64,000 nucleotides of DNA from Camelus dromedarius (Eukaryota), in contig NC_087436.1 in NCBI RefSeq assembly GCF_036321535.1, positions 95,916,001 through 95,980,000 of the forward strand, given 5' to 3'. Numbering within the stretch: the first letter of the stretch is position 1; every line of letters begins with the position of its first letter. The translations under genes and the position numbers were made by a program. Shown piece by piece: positions 1 to 13,700 of this stretch. The notes below the pieces were generated by a model. It had not been told where the DNA came from. It saw only the letters and a program-made list of their open reading frames with translations, and ran no database searches.

Positions 1-399
1 TCTGATGGTCTTCTGAGTATGAATTTTCTTAGCAGAAACAAAGCTGAAGAACTGGGGAAGGAAAGAATCTTGAGGCAATTTTCTTAGACTTGATGCTTTT
101 TCTAGGGCTGAGTCTAGGAGGAACTCCCGACTTCTCTGTGATGTGATGAGGTGAAGATCTGGTCAGGGTCACCCAAGCAGCCACCTGTTTTCTGGAGTGA
201 ATGTTTTCATTTCCTGCCATGGATCCCAACTCAAAACTAAACTTCAACCCAGAACCTTATGCCACTGTGTTCACATGTGTTCTGAGGGATGCTCTTGGAT
301 GTTATGAGAAAATGTAACCTATGGTCAAATAAATTTGGGGATTTAATGGACTAATACATAATTCAAGAGTGGAATAGAAAATACAGTGTTTCTCTAAGA

Positions 400-1269
400 C
401 AGCAGTTCTCAGGGTGTGGTCTGTATAACTCAGTGAACCAATATTTCCCAAATAATCTAGGCACAATGTTACAGAATCATGCTTGCTTAGAAGACTCATT
501 AAGGCACAAGACAGACTAATGGATTTTAATACAACAAAGTGCAAAAAGTGCCTTGATATGGTTTCAGATTTTATATTGCAACAGAATACTACCATTTGTT
601 GAGTTTGGGGATAACATTAAAGAAAAATATTCCAAATTTTCTAAAAAGGCTATAAAATATTTCTCCATTTTCCTACTACTTATCTGTGTGAGGCCAAATT
701 TTCTTCATATCCTCAACCAAACAACATATCACAAACAGAATGAGTAGAGAAGCAGCCGTGAACTAATAGTTGTCTAGACGTGAAAGAGATTTGGAAAAAG
801 AAAAACCAAGCAAACAAAAAGTCAAATGATGCCACTCTTGTCACTTAATTCAGGGAGAAAATACAGTTATTTTTCACACACAAAAAAATTTATGCTGAGC
901 CGTCAGGGTTTATTGTTTTTGTTTTTGTTTTGTTTTGGGGGGGAAGTAATTAGGTTTATTTCTTTCTTTATTTTTAGAGGAGGTACTGGGGATTAAACCC
1001 AGGACCTCATGCACGCTAAGCATGTGCTCTACCACTTGAGCTATCCCCCACACCCTATTATTTTTGTTTTTAATAAATTTAAATGTCTTTAAATTTAATA
1101 CCTTTAAATGTCCCAGTTTGAATTTCTAATACAATAGAATTAGAAATTTCTAACACAGTAAGTATGACTAGATACTTACTGAATAGATAACCTACATTAG
1201 CACTTTTGGGGATCCTCAATAATTTTTAAGAGAGAAAAGGGGTCTTCAGATCAGAAGTTTGAGATGCTG
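400..1269 (+). mobile_element. hAT-Charlie (Charlie1-like) DNA transposon remnant, with nested SINE
   Basis: Begins CAGCAGTTCTCA and ends TTTGAGATGCTG. Internal decayed hAT dimerisation motif (SKKAIK...TYLCEA) at ~620-700. Confidence 0.7.
914..1055 (-). mobile_element. Camelid tRNA-derived SINE (vic-1-like), long form
   Basis: Reverse complement ATAGCTCAAGTGGTAGAG...GGTTTAATCCCCAGTACCTCC (A and B boxes) followed by an A-rich/CCTAATTAC tail. Confidence 0.85.
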
Positions 1270-3562
1270 CCCTAATGTATTTTGATCATGGAAGCCGTTC
1301 TCTGCGGAACACCTTGAGTGTATCCATAGAACATATAATGGGAAACACAATCTCATGTTGTGCTTATAAAACACCTCTCTGTGCCTCTTCTTCCCAGACC
1401 TTCTTCAATAAGTTAATTCACATGCTGCTCAAAGGGTTTCATCTCACACAGTAGTTTTGAGCTTGTGACCCTGGCAGTAAATGCATATATCTCCTCTGGC
1501 AAACGTGGTTGGATACCGAGCTCATCTCGTTAAAACAAGCCTTAACCTGCAGAATTATTTCACTGAGCAAATGCTACAGTCATGAGAAACGACGACACAG
1601 GTTAGGGTGTCCCAAGAACATAAAAGATAATCATGCCAGCTAGAATCAGAGCCAATCTGGTTTACCATTCAGTTTCCAACAACAAGAGAATCGCTGATTG
1701 AGGTGCTTATGTTACAAATTACTCTTATAAAACGGACAGGATGACAGCAACTGATTACTCTAAGTACTGGCAATTTGTGTTTATAAAAACTGTATGCAAG
1801 CCAGAAATAACCTAAGAACTGATTCATCTTTCTACCATGGCTTTTTAGAATACAGAATGAGGCCAAATCTCTATTTTCAGCATGACTGGAAGCCCCAGTT
1901 CCAGAATTTGGTTATAAATCTCTCCTTCCTGTCAGGTAGCTCAGTGACTGGCCAGAAGCCTGATCTCGGATGGCTGTAAAAGATTTGGGAGAGAGTCGAA
2001 AGCGTAAAGTGCTGAACGACTATTCCATGCAGAACTCTCCCCAAGGAAACTCAGTCCTTACATAGAGCTGGCGTGGAGTACAGGCTGTTCAGTCCTCTAA
2101 TTTTCATCCTGGAATTTGCCCAAATAAGAGCAACAACCGTTAAGTTTACTTACGCAGTTTTTTAAGTGTCTAGTTTATAAAAACATTGCTCAGAGATGAC
2201 CCGGATCTCATCCTGAGAGCTGAAGACATGCTTCTTGGTCTCTTTTTCTTCTAAGATTTGAAGGTTAATTAGCATATAATTTGCTTCCAGTAAAACTTTC
2301 TTTAATGAAAAGTTTTTACAGCCAGAAATGCTTACTGGTTTCAGGTGCCATTCTAGTTTATTTAGCCCTCCCAACAACTCTACGAGATAGAGACTATAAT
2401 TAGCCCCATTTTACAGATGAGGAAACAAGCTCAGTGTTGCCTGAGGCCACCCAGTTTACAGGTGGCAGACAGGACTGGAATCCTGGAGTGAGTCCCTCTG
2501 AAGCTCCAAACTGGAATGCTATCCCGCCTGAGATGCAGGAACAATAACATCAAACGACTTCCAATAAGAAGATACCCAATTCTGTGTGTACAATAGTGGT
2601 TTTAATCTCCAGATGAGCCATTATTTCAAAAAGTCTTCCTTACAGTCCAGCGTGTTAGACTCCATACTCTGCCCTCCCGTCACGCCGCCCGGTCCACAGA
2701 CCATGTGGTATTTACCTGCTGACACTGCTGCCTTCATTCTGGCCTGTACTACATCCTCCCACCCAGGACCTGGAGCAGCAACCACTGAAGGAATGAGTGA
2801 AAGAACCAAGGAATGAACAAACAAAAGTGAATCTCCACAAATCTATTTAGTCACCGAGAACTTTCATTTCCAAATGAAGTTCATGCACCCTGGACGGTGT
2901 GCAAAAAAAGCCCCAGCGGGATGAGGGGGAAAACATTAGCACTTGTCTACTTACTGGCACCTACCACCAGAATCAGCACTGGCAGCCTCAGAGTCCTGCG
3001 TGTCCTGAGTGTGGCAGACAGCCACACAGGCACACCAGACACTCAGGCCTAGCGCTGGCTTCCTCAGGCCCCGGGGTTAGCAGTGAGGCCCCCACCTGCT
3101 TGCTCGCTTTCTGTAGTCTGTACCCGATCGCGGTCAACATGGGCCCAATGCAGAAAGAGGCTGTCGAGATTACATTTTCAATTGTATCTAAACTAACCCT
3201 CCCTCACAAAACAGCCAAGTGGCTTGAATGAGTTCTGCACAGAACTGCAAAAACACATGCTAACAACAGTACAAGCACAAATAAACATAGAGCTGACAAT
3301 ATTTCTACCGTTTCTCGTATAACATTTTTCTCAGCCATGTCATTAGATATAACAAGAATAAGCTAATCACATCAGACATGAAGTTGACCAAAAAAACCCC
3401 CCCAAAACCTGAAAGTTTCAAAGCTTAGATTCATATCCACTATTTTTACCAATGGTCTCTGCCTAAGTGAACATTACACCTTGGGAAACTGGCTAATAAT
3501 ATTCTTATCATAAATGTATTTTTGTTAACAAAATTAAAAATGTAGAGCTCGCTGATATAGGA

Positions 3563-3726
3563 GTTTTCTACTCAGAGTGCCATCTGCACAGAAGCAGTAC
3601 CAGTATCTCCTGGCAGCTTGTTAGAAATGCAGTCTCAGGGTTCATCCCAGACCTACTGGATCAGAATTTGCATTTTAACAAGACCCCCAGGGGAGTCCTG
3701 GGCACAATTCTGTTTGAGAAGCACTC
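3563..3726. mobile_element. MER5A-like hAT element
   Basis: gcttgttagaaatgcag...cccagacctactggatcagaatttgcattttaacaagacccccagg...tttgagaagcact. Confidence 0.8.
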
Positions 3727-4025
3727 TTTTAGAACACACACCTTAAATGAGCTGAATCCTACTAGTTCAGCTCTTCGGTATAAGTTTAGAAAGATTTCTC
3801 TGTTGAATTTTGGGCCTCCTACATTTTTCATTTTAATATCTGTTATCAAATGTTCTTCAAGACTATAGAGCAACCCTCCCCATAAACCAAAACTCCAGTG
3901 ACATAATCTATGTTTAGCTGCAGCCTTAGCTTTCTCTTAATTCCAAGATACTTAAACGTTCGGACCCCGTGCAACAAAAGCCATCCAGCCACACCTTCAC
4001 CCTTTGGATCCCCACCTCCACTTAC

Positions 4026-4442
4026 TTTTGTTTGATCGTCGGCTTTGAACACGTAGCAGATACTCTGCTGATGGGCTGCCTTGTCTTTAATCAGACAAGC
4101 AAAATAACTTGGGTCGTGACTGTTATGGATCAGTTTGTGAACGTGCTGAGGCTTACACTCGAAGATGCTGGAGCAGATCAGCGGGTCCCACTGTTGACTC
4201 TTCCCCGGCTCAGGCTCACATCTCAGTCCAGAGGGCGAAACAGCAAGGCGGACTTGCTTGGTACCAGGCTCCTTTCTGGAGGACTGCCCGCTGAGCCTCC
4301 GCACCTCCGCCACGACCCAAGGCAGCATGGGCATGGTGGTCAGAGAGTGCACCGCCAGGGAGCCCACCAGCTGGAGGCCGAAGTCCACCGAGGCATCAGT
4401 AGGAAACAGATGTTTCCTCGCTGTGAACGTTATCGGTTCCAT
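4026..4442 (-). CDS. TBC1D1: TBC1D1 first coding exon (exon 2), codons 1-139, N-terminal PTB domain of the Rab-GAP
   Basis: Translates MEPITFTARKHLFP...VDFGLQLVGSLAVHSLTTMPMLPWVVAEVRRL...HKLIHNSHDPSYFACLIK...SICYVFKADDQTK, matching the known TBC1D1 N-terminus. ATG at 4442 is in strong Kozak context (aacATGg) with an upstream in-frame TAG. Phase-0 donor AAA|gtaagt follows 4026; 417 nt. Confidence 0.97.
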
Positions 4443-4523
4443 GTTGGGAAACTCGGCCAAACGCTGCCACTGTTTTCTATTCTAGACCAAGCTATCTATT
4501 TTACATGCTTCTGATGCAGAATC
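4443..4523 (-). other. TBC1D1: TBC1D1 exon 2, 5'UTR portion (81 nt)
   Basis: Acceptor ctgtttttcccctgcag|G ends at 4524; pyrimidine tract present. Confidence 0.85.
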
Positions 4524-6452
4524 CTGCAGGGGAAAAACAGAGGCATTAGAATTTAATGAAGTCACCGCAATAGCTACTTTCGAAGAGTTACTATTTCAGA
4601 AGAGCTTAAGAGTCTGAAACCCAAATAGAGGAAGAAATGGATATTAGTTCAAATAAGCTGCTCGGCCGAGAGCTTCCTTGAAATTGTACTACATATAAAG
4701 CCTGAAAACGCCGTAAGCGTCACACTCACTATGGGTTACAAAGGTCCCACCGGGTGGCTCCTGGTGAACGTTAAGTCTCTTAGAGTCAACAAGGGCAAGC
4801 CCCACAGAAACAACAGGCTCCTGCTTGGACAGCTTTATCCCCCCTGCTGTGTTATTTTACATGTATTTCGAGGAATTTTTTTTAAGATGATCAAATTAAG
4901 TACTGGTGGCTCCCCCCACCCCCGCCAAAAGTAATCTTGTGAGAAAAAGTATCAGCTGTCTGTCATCATAGTCTACTGAACCAGAGCAGTTTTCAACAAC
5001 GGACCTTATCACTCCTGATACCACTTTAGACGTAAAAGGCTTTCCCCGTGACGTAGCCAGAGGTTCTGAATCACGAATTCAAATTCCATTAATGTGTTCT
5101 TGGCGACTGTTATGTTCCAAACACCATCATAAATACTGCTTTGTTTCACTCATGTATATGAATCATCATCTCAACACCTTGCCTCTCCTCATCGACAGAG
5201 GGCGTTGCCAGTACTAGACTCACACTCACCCAGTGGGTAATCCTCCCTTCTCTCTGCTTGACTTTTGACAACCACGTTTGATGTTTCCCATCGCCCTCCT
5301 GTTCCATCAATGGCAAAACCTTTCTGCCCAGAGCTGAGTTGGCTACAGGATCTCAGGCCCTAACCTGTACTCACTTGTTCCCTGGAACTTCATTCTCTCG
5401 TGTGTTCCCTGAGCGTATATATACACATGCTTCAAGAAGTTCTGTGAAGACAGGGCCTGCATCTTCTTTGTCAGTGTATCCCCAATCCCCAACAGGCCCC
5501 ATAAATATGATAAAGAGTGAATGAAGTCTCTCCCACCCCTGCAAAAAAAAAAAACAGATATCTTCCCTTGACCTCAAACCTCCCCCGGCCCCAACTCTTC
5601 CTTCCCTGCACAACTGCCTTCCAGGTAAAGTCTACACTTGCCGTCTCCACTTCCTCCTGCCCCTCCACAATCTGGATTGTGACTAGAAGCAGTTGCTTCC
5701 GTTCAAAGGTCGCCCACATCCTCTGGTTGTGAAATCCAAACGGCGCTTTTTAGTCCTTAGCTGTCTTGTCCCTTCTGATCAGCTTCTCACCATGGACCAC
5801 ACCGTCCTGCTTGAGACTCTCCTGGTTCTCTTCTTACCGCTCTGGTTGCTTCTTTTCAGTTCCTTCTACCCCTGCTTGACTCTGTCCTCTCCCCTCATCC
5901 CACCTGCTCCCTTCGGACAATTTCACCCAGTCTCATGGTGTCAGCAACCACCTCTGATACTCCTGCTGCCACTGAGGACAGCTTCCATTTCACTGAGTGC
6001 CAGGCACTTTGCACCTGTTATCTCATTTCATCTTCATAACAACCTTCATCTCTAACCTCAGTGCGAGTTAGAGACTATTATTATTATTGCCATTTTTATG
6101 ACCTAGGAAACTGAGGCCTTGAGAGCGGGAGTTGCTTGTCACAAGTGATTTGAGTTTTCACCTGATTCTCAAACTGCTCTCTTGAATGCTGCACAAGAAT
6201 GCATCTACCACAAACGCCCTGATGATTCCCACATGTCTGTCTCCTTCCTGAGCTCCAGGTCGGCAGAGACCATTAAATATTTCTATCTGGATCACCTATC
6301 CAGATAGCACCTCGGCCTCAATTTAGTCATTTTAAAACTCACTCAGTCTCACCTCCCTCCTTTCCAGAGGTTCTCTGCCTTCCTATGAGCTACATCTCCG
6401 TGAACAGTATCACCATTTATTTTATTGGCCAAGTCAAAAGCCAAGGAGTCCT

Positions 6453-6802
6453 TGCTGTAACTGAATGTTTGGTCTGATCTCCCTTCATTCATATGCTGGA
6501 ATCCTAATCCCCAGTGTGATGGTATTTGGAGGTGGAGCCTCTTGGAGGTGGTTAGGTAATGAGGGTGGAACTCACACACACAGGATTAATGCTTTCGTCA
6601 GAGAGACCCAGAGAGCCCACCTCCCCTCTACCACAAGAGCACACAGGGAAAAGGTGGCGGTCTATGAACATCACAGATGCTGCCTCCTCCAGCATCTGGG
6701 TCCTGGGCTTCCCACCCTCCAGAACTGTAAGAAATAAGTTCCGTTGTTCATAAACTACCCAGTCTATTCTGTGATATTCAGCAGCCCGAATGGACTAAGA
6801 TA
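6453..6802 (+). mobile_element. MaLR solo LTR (MLT1A-like)
   Basis: Starts tgctgtaactgaatgttt, contains tgtgatggtatttggaggtgg and ccagaactgtaagaaataa, ends gcagcccgaatggactaagata. Confidence 0.85.
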
Positions 6803-7020
6803 GTCACTCTGATGCCTTCCTCATCCTATCACTACTTCTAAACTGCTTTACATCTAAATAGAGCTTATCTTTCCTCAGCTGTTGAAAAAGTGGCCAACCT
6901 TCAATCCAGCCTTCACATATTTGCTAGAGTAATTCAACCCACACACAAAATTGATCATGTCACTCCTCTGCTAAAATTCCTTAGTAACAGCCCCTATAAA
7001 ATCTAAACTCTTGGCAGAGA

Positions 7021-7113
7021 GTAGGGGTCATAGAGCTCAAAGGTAGAGTGCATGCTTAGCATGCATGAGGCCCTGGGTTCAATCCCCAGTACCTCCATTA
7101 AAAAAAAAAAAAA
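7021..7113 (+). mobile_element. vic-1-like SINE, short form
   Basis: AGCTCAAAGGTAGAGTGCATGCTTAGCATGCATGAGGCCCTGGGTTCAATCCCCAGTACCTCC plus poly(A). Confidence 0.85.
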
Positions 7114-7314
7114 CACCTAAAACCTTCTACACAGCATATGTGATCTCTTCCAAATCTGGTCCTGTCTCTCTCACCAACTTCATATCTTTCATGCACCTTT
7201 CGGTTCTGGAGATGATAAGTAACTAGGTATTGTTCCCCATGTGAGATGTGAATTCTCATGCCTCTGTGCCATAGTGCATTCTGTTCCTCTCTGCTAGGAA
7301 CACAGTGCCTGTCA

Positions 7315-7710
7315 CAAACTGTAAAGGGCCTGCAACTATATCCTACTTGCAAGCTAACTAGTTAGTCAGCCACAAGTAAGCCTGGGGGTCAGAGACAAAG
7401 GACAATTTATTACTCAGAGCAATAGCAATTTGTGCTGGTTCCCTGACCCTCCGTTCCCACGGGCCAGATGACACCTGTATCCACAGTGGGTTACAGGAGA
7501 GGCACCTGAGTTTTAGAAGCCTGAATATTTCATACTGGGGAGTAAGCATGTCCATCCTTCACTCCAGAGAGAGATACTTTCTATCCTCCATGGCTGTTTG
7601 CTATCAGAAAAAAAAAGAAATTGAAAAGGTAGTCCAGAGCAAAGGAGTCAGTGCCTCTGCTCAGAAAACGTGTAGAAACATGAAGAACCCAAGGAGACTC
7701 TCCCCATGAC
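7315..7710 (-). mobile_element. ERVL solo LTR (LTR40-like)
   Basis: Shares ttgcaagctaa..ttag, gtcagagacaaagga and tttgctat..gaaaaggtagtcc blocks with the copy at 26930. Confidence 0.65.
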
Positions 7711-10700
7711 CCTCACTTTCGCCCTCTAACCTAATCCCAACTCATGCACAAGTCCTAGTTCAAGCAACTATCGCCTCTTTCTTCCAAGGTGATGTAGGGC
7801 ATCCATCACCACGTCCTCCTTCACTTTGCACCTAATCATCATATTTATTTTAAGAAAGTTTGAATAGGTGTCCCTCAACAAGTCTGTAAGCTTCGTAAAC
7901 TCAAAAAGTTTAGGGTTTCTAAAAACAGTATTCAAATTCTAAACCTCTTTTGAACTAGAACTGAAGTCTATTTACTCTGTATTTTTCTAGATGTTATACA
8001 TGCATATGTGCTGAGTAAATTTTTATAATGTAATTTGAATGTAGTTAAGACCTAATTTTTTATTTTAAACGTTCAGAAGTTCAGAAATAAGCCCATACTG
8101 TATTTAGAGCACTAATGTATTTCATGAAAGTGTATTCCCTGTCTCTTTTCCTTTAAAGTGTAGCTTCTCTTGATGTTGAAAACAGACTTGAAGTTCATAT
8201 AACCCCATAAATGATGGGCTCTCTCGCTCCTTTTTTCTCTCTCTCACCTACAGGTGAAAGCGGCATTATGTCTAGCTCAACTTCCACTCCTGTAACTGAA
8301 TCTCTTTCAAGTTCTAACCGATGACAGATGCTAATCCCAAGACATGTTTAAAGAAGCACTAGAATTATTACAAAGGAAGACCCAAGATCTATCAATTAGT
8401 GTAGCTGAAAGCAGTTATTAATTTGGTGGCAACAAGTGTAGCAGAATTACTTTCAGTTTTCTTGTAAGGGAATATATACATAGTGCAAAAAAATTACACA
8501 ATTTAGCAACAATAAAACATAAGATGCATGAAGCAAAAAAAAAAAAATTAAACAACTTTGTCATTTCGATCATTTGGTAAATAATCAGTGATCAAATTAG
8601 TTTTGCCATTTCACTGACAAAACTAACTGAATGTCTCAAGTTTTCACTTTTCAACCAGCTGGGGTACATCTTAGTTTCTCTGTAAAAAGTAGATTGGACT
8701 TTAACACTGTTAACAAGGTATCAAATAATAAGTTCTACTTCAGACATAGCCATCATTACTTATAAGCAATTCAGATTCTGCTGATGTAAGATTCATGGTA
8801 ACTTAGACTAGGTGAGTAACTGTTCACATTACTGTTCAATAAAGATTTCCATGAAACAGAAGAACTATTCACACAATACTAACAAACCATCAGGTTATTT
8901 CTTAAGCCGTCTCGATCCACATCATTTGCACAAAACCTGTGACCATCTTTAAGCCCCAGGTAGAACTACCTACCTCATACCTCAGTATGAAATACTATGA
9001 TCTGTTATTCCACTGGGCTTCTGGTCGTGTTCTCAACAGCAGACTCATTTGTGCCCAAGTCCTACCCCTTACAGAGACTGTCTGTATTCTACACAGCTCC
9101 TACCTACCACAGCCCACAAACATGGTAGGGCCCAAAACACAAAGGTACCTTTTTTTTTTTTTTCTAGAACAGTTCCAATAATCTTGTCAGTGAGACCTGC
9201 TATGCTCTATAACTCTTGAAGCATCACCTACAATCACAAAATTTTAAAGCTAGAAAGGTCCTTTCTAGCCACTCAGAAATTTCCCTCATACATGAAATGA
9301 GGAAAGTGGAGAAATTAAATGGCTTGTCCAAGTTTGGTGACAGAATTAGGACAGTCCAAGCCCCTGACTCCCATCCAAGTGCTGCAAAGAATTTCAGTCT
9401 TCTTATGAAAACACTTTTGACTGCGAAGTTGAGAAACCAAGTTACTTCTCCAAATCTCAAGTTTATTCTTATAAGAGAATGGAACAAGATCATCCCCAAG
9501 CTTTCGTCTGTCTCTAAAATCTGGAGAATCTCATTTTCATAATGTATAACACCAAATGTCCCTGACATTGTGTGGGGATAGAAAGCTGCTCTTGCCTTCC
9601 CTTCAAGAACATAAACGTGGGAGAGGTACATGAAGAAAGGATGGGATTTATCAATCAGGAAGCAAGAGAGGTGATGGTGGGAGTTAGTTGGCCGCCCCTG
9701 GAAACTTCTCTCTTCCCAGCCCCCCTCCACTCCCTCCCAGCAAACCACAGGCAGGAGGATGGGGACTTTCCAGTAGCTAACAACACTGCAGCCCCAGCAG
9801 ATTCAGCCCTCACTCCTCAGAAAGCTTCTGGGAGGGGAGAAGGGAGAGAGAGAAGGATGAAGGCAGGGCTGTTGGAAGCTTCTGGCTCCAGGCCAGGTTG
9901 GGAACCAGTCAATACTGATTAGCTGTCAGGTACCTGCAGAATGGGCAGGGAATCCCTGGGTGGCCACTTACTTCCTCTTGAGAATCAATGGCTTAATTTT
10001 CCTGTTCTTTACCCCAGATAGAATAGGCATGCAGCTGAACAGGATTATTCGGCCACCAGAATACTCTGATCTCGTGCAATGAGCTCATTGGCTGGGCTCA
10101 AATATTTGTCCACTTCCTGCATGGAGAGTCCCACCCCATCAGAGCAAGGTGCTGCTCACCCAGGAATCACCCACAGGTCCCAAAGATCTTTAGAGCAGTT
10201 GGCTGTTTCACCATCACATGGAGCTCCTGGAGCCAGTGGTCCTGGCCTTTTCATCATCAAGGATGTTCCAGTACCAGGGTGTGCCTCTCTAATTTGGCAC
10301 ATAAAGTAATGATGTTTTGAATGATTTCCTTCCTTTATAAATCAGAGCTCATTCAAGCCTAGTCCTCTACAATGCCACCATCACTTCGTGTACTCTCTTC
10401 TACTGCACTGCATGGGATAAAAGGGGTGGGGGCGGGAGGTCCTCCAGGGACTATGTATTACCATACCTGAATAAGGACTATTATGGACTGTAATTATCCT
10501 TATCAGCTCCAATTTAAAGATGAGAGATGAGAAGGAGGTTGCTGGCACAGAGAAGGGAGGTCATTTGCCCAAGGTCATATAGCAGAGTGGCAGAACCGGG
10601 ATTTGAGCCCAGGTCCTTCCACTCCATTGTTCGTGTCTGCTCTTAGCCACTCTGCCAGAGGAATACCTATTGACCAGCTACCTCTTCTTGGACATTACAC

Positions 10701-13700
10701 ATATGATCTTCTGTGATCTTACAACTCTGACAAGAGTTTTTAAATCATCCCCATTTTACAGAAGGTCCTCTTGCCAGTAAATGGTGAAGGCAGGATCTGA
10801 ATCCAGACCTGCCTTGTGCCCAAATTTCTCTTCTTTGCAATATAACAATCTCTCTAGATGGGAGTAACTCTAAAATATCTTTCTAGTGGATTAGCTGGGT
10901 TGTTTTTCAACCTAGATTTTGTGTCAGTAATCTAAATCTAGTGTCAAAGTTTTACGGTAACAGTGTAGAACAAATAAATATAATAACAGTAATAAGTAAT
11001 ATATCTTGAGTGCTCACTATGTGCCAAGCACTGTTCTAAGCACTTTACAGGTATAAATTAATTAAGTTTGACAACAATCCCATAAGTGATTACCCTCTTT
11101 GTAAGTTTAGATTCACTGATCACATATAATGTGTTGTTAAATGGGTACATTCTTTTTTTTTAAGAGAAAAAAATAGCTGCTGCTTGTCTCACAGGAAATA
11201 GGTACATTTAAAATTAAGAACATCTTTGTTGGTGTTAAAACATATTTCCTGTATTCTGCACAGCTTCACTGAAACCAAAGTGTTAAGAATATTTCATATG
11301 CCCCAAATGTGACAAATCTTTCTCCAAACATCTGAAACCTGAAAAGGGACACATTGCCCTTAAATCTAAGAACTCACCAAATGGAAATCTTGTCTTGAAA
11401 ATGTCAAAAAAAAAAAAACAAAACCCTTGAAGATGGAAAACTTCATGTCTTTTGTGAGGAAGCTGGTTTCAAAATGTTTTTATTGGAATGTGGGGTTGGA
11501 AGGGAAGAGGTGAAGATAAAAGTCGGCAAAGGCATTTATAATTTGCACTGCAAACCTAAATCCTGTGCCATCACCAGAGGGCTACAGACCCAACACACCT
11601 TGGCTTCTGTGTTTAATGAATGGATTCTGCTTCCCCAAGTTTTAATGACCAGGGAAAGAAAAGGATACGCGTCAAGTATGGGGATGAATGTGGCTATTAA
11701 GTCTGAGAAAGGCAGCACAGTGGACAGGAAAAAGGGCAAAGCAAACTATGCCAAGGCACCCACACATAAGCATACATACTTAAGTCCTCAAATGGACTGA
11801 CATACAGGCTAGATCCTCTGGGGAATCTGAAGAGGGAAGACCTGGGACCCTCAGGCAAATGCTGTGAAAAGAGTTAAAGGGGCCTGAGGGAGCTGACATT
11901 TTGTGAGATAAAATTAAAAGCACAAAGACAGAATCCACAGGCAGGCATCCTTACTCTGGGTGCTGTGATTAGAGATGCTAGGGGACAGGTAAGCGCCATG
12001 CTGCTTAGTGCAACCCGTAGTACTTCCTAGAAGTTCCTAGAAGATCTGGGTCTGAAAGGAGTGGCCTACCCACACGTGGCTATGCACGGGGTACATCTAA
12101 TTGCTACTGCAGCCTTTCTGGTGAAGGTCGCCTCCTAGAGAAGTGGGACACAGGTATTGCCAACAGCTGAATAATAAGGGAGGAGGGGCAAACTGAATTA
12201 TTTCTTCAGAATCGCCCTTTGCTTCCTCAAACCATCTGGTACTATGACAAACCAGGTCGTATGGGTAAAAGGTCAACGCTGACATACCATCAGTGAAAGG
12301 GGAAATCTCCAAAGATAATGGTAGTCTAAGAAGAGACTTTCATTTGCAAAACCTTACTTTGATGTTAACAATTACAACTACAGTGAATTTCCCCGTTTTA
12401 CTGGTTTGCAAGTGGCTGGACATATCCACATGAAGGCATTTATTTTAATTGTCACTTGATGATTTCATTTACTGCTTTGAGCCACACTTAGTCCCTTTTC
12501 CATCTCCTTGCACTCAATTGATAGTCTCAGGATGCTCCCCTGTGTTCACTGCAGAAATTGGCCCCTAAACATTTCACACGGCGCCCTTTAATCCACAGCT
12601 CTGCTCACTACCCTGTTGTTCATGCTTTGTCAATGAGTACTTAACAGAGAAGTCTGGAGAGCAAGCACTTTTTAAGGTCTTATTTCCCTGTAACTTGGTA
12701 GGAAGAAAAAGAAACAGGCAGATTCAAGACTGCAATAGCTTTCCATTTCAAACAGTTGGAAAAACATTTGTTTACAAAAGCAGTCAATCCTATTTTACAC
12801 AAATTTTTTCATGCAATGTCCTTATTCCTTTAGACAGTCTTCAAGGTTCCTAGGAAGGAGCTCATAATGAGGCAAGCCTCCTCCCCAAGCAAGTGAAGCC
12901 ATCTCAACTCTAGCAAAAGGTGCAGAACTCACCTGCTTCAGGGTCCCCTAAGCCAAGATGGTAACAGAACTGAAGTCTTTAGAAACACCAAGGGCCATTC
13001 TGCAGGGCGGATTCTCAGCCTCTTGGAACAGCTCTGGGTTTATTCTTCCTCTCAACCCCTCCCAACCCCAGCAGGCGCCCTACGCACATCAGAACACAGA
13101 GGGGGCCAGGCTTCCACTCCCACCAATCCTATCTGGAACCTGGGGAAGAGAATGAATTTCTGCCTTCCCAAAGAAAGCATTTTTATCAAGGCCTCTGCAG
13201 TTCAAAGCAAGTACAGAGCAAAAAGTTTAGAAGTTTGGACTTGTAGAGATAGCTGAGTTTTTTGGATGTGGCCCATTTAAACCAGGTCATTTTAAAATGT
13301 TCTTTCAAAGTCTGATTATAAAATAACTGAAATCATCCAATCATCTAAAAGGAAGAAGGAGAGATCCATGAAGTGATGCCCACCCATTAATGTAGGACAC
13401 TCTGAAAATTAAACTTCGGTGGTTGGAACAATCATCACTTTCAATTTCTTCTCCTTTTTAAGTAACTCCCAGAGAATAATCTATTTTAAATGAAATCACA
13501 ACAGGTAAAGCCGCCTCTATGTGGATTTCAAAGAAAATGAAACTGTTTTAAAAATCCACACACACAACAATGTGCGGCCAAGTTTGAAGGGTCTCATAAT
13601 CACAGAGCGATCAGGAAGCTGCTAGAAACAATTAAGCAGGGTTTCAAAATGACTGGTACAGGATGTGCCCATAGAAAGAAATGTTGCGCGCACTGGTGGA

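Larger units (their letters stand above)
5530..7315 (+). mobile_element. Old L2 fragments interrupted by MIR, MLT1 and SINE
   Basis: Pyrimidine-rich L2-like tracts (aaatccaaacgg...gaccacaccgtcctgcttga; tgatcatgtcactcctctgctaaaa). Confidence 0.5.

Noticed and set aside
3846..4460. ORF track's 204-aa version of TBC1D1
   Set aside because: Starts at a TTG upstream of the real ATG and reads through the donor at 4025 into the intron.
3969..4514. 181-aa plus-strand ORF
   Set aside because: Antisense shadow of TBC1D1 exon 2 with no independent coding evidence.
7021..7113. tRNA-like sequences with A/B boxes (six copies)
   Set aside because: They have poly(A) tails, TSDs and degenerate stems, so they are SINEs and not tRNA genes.
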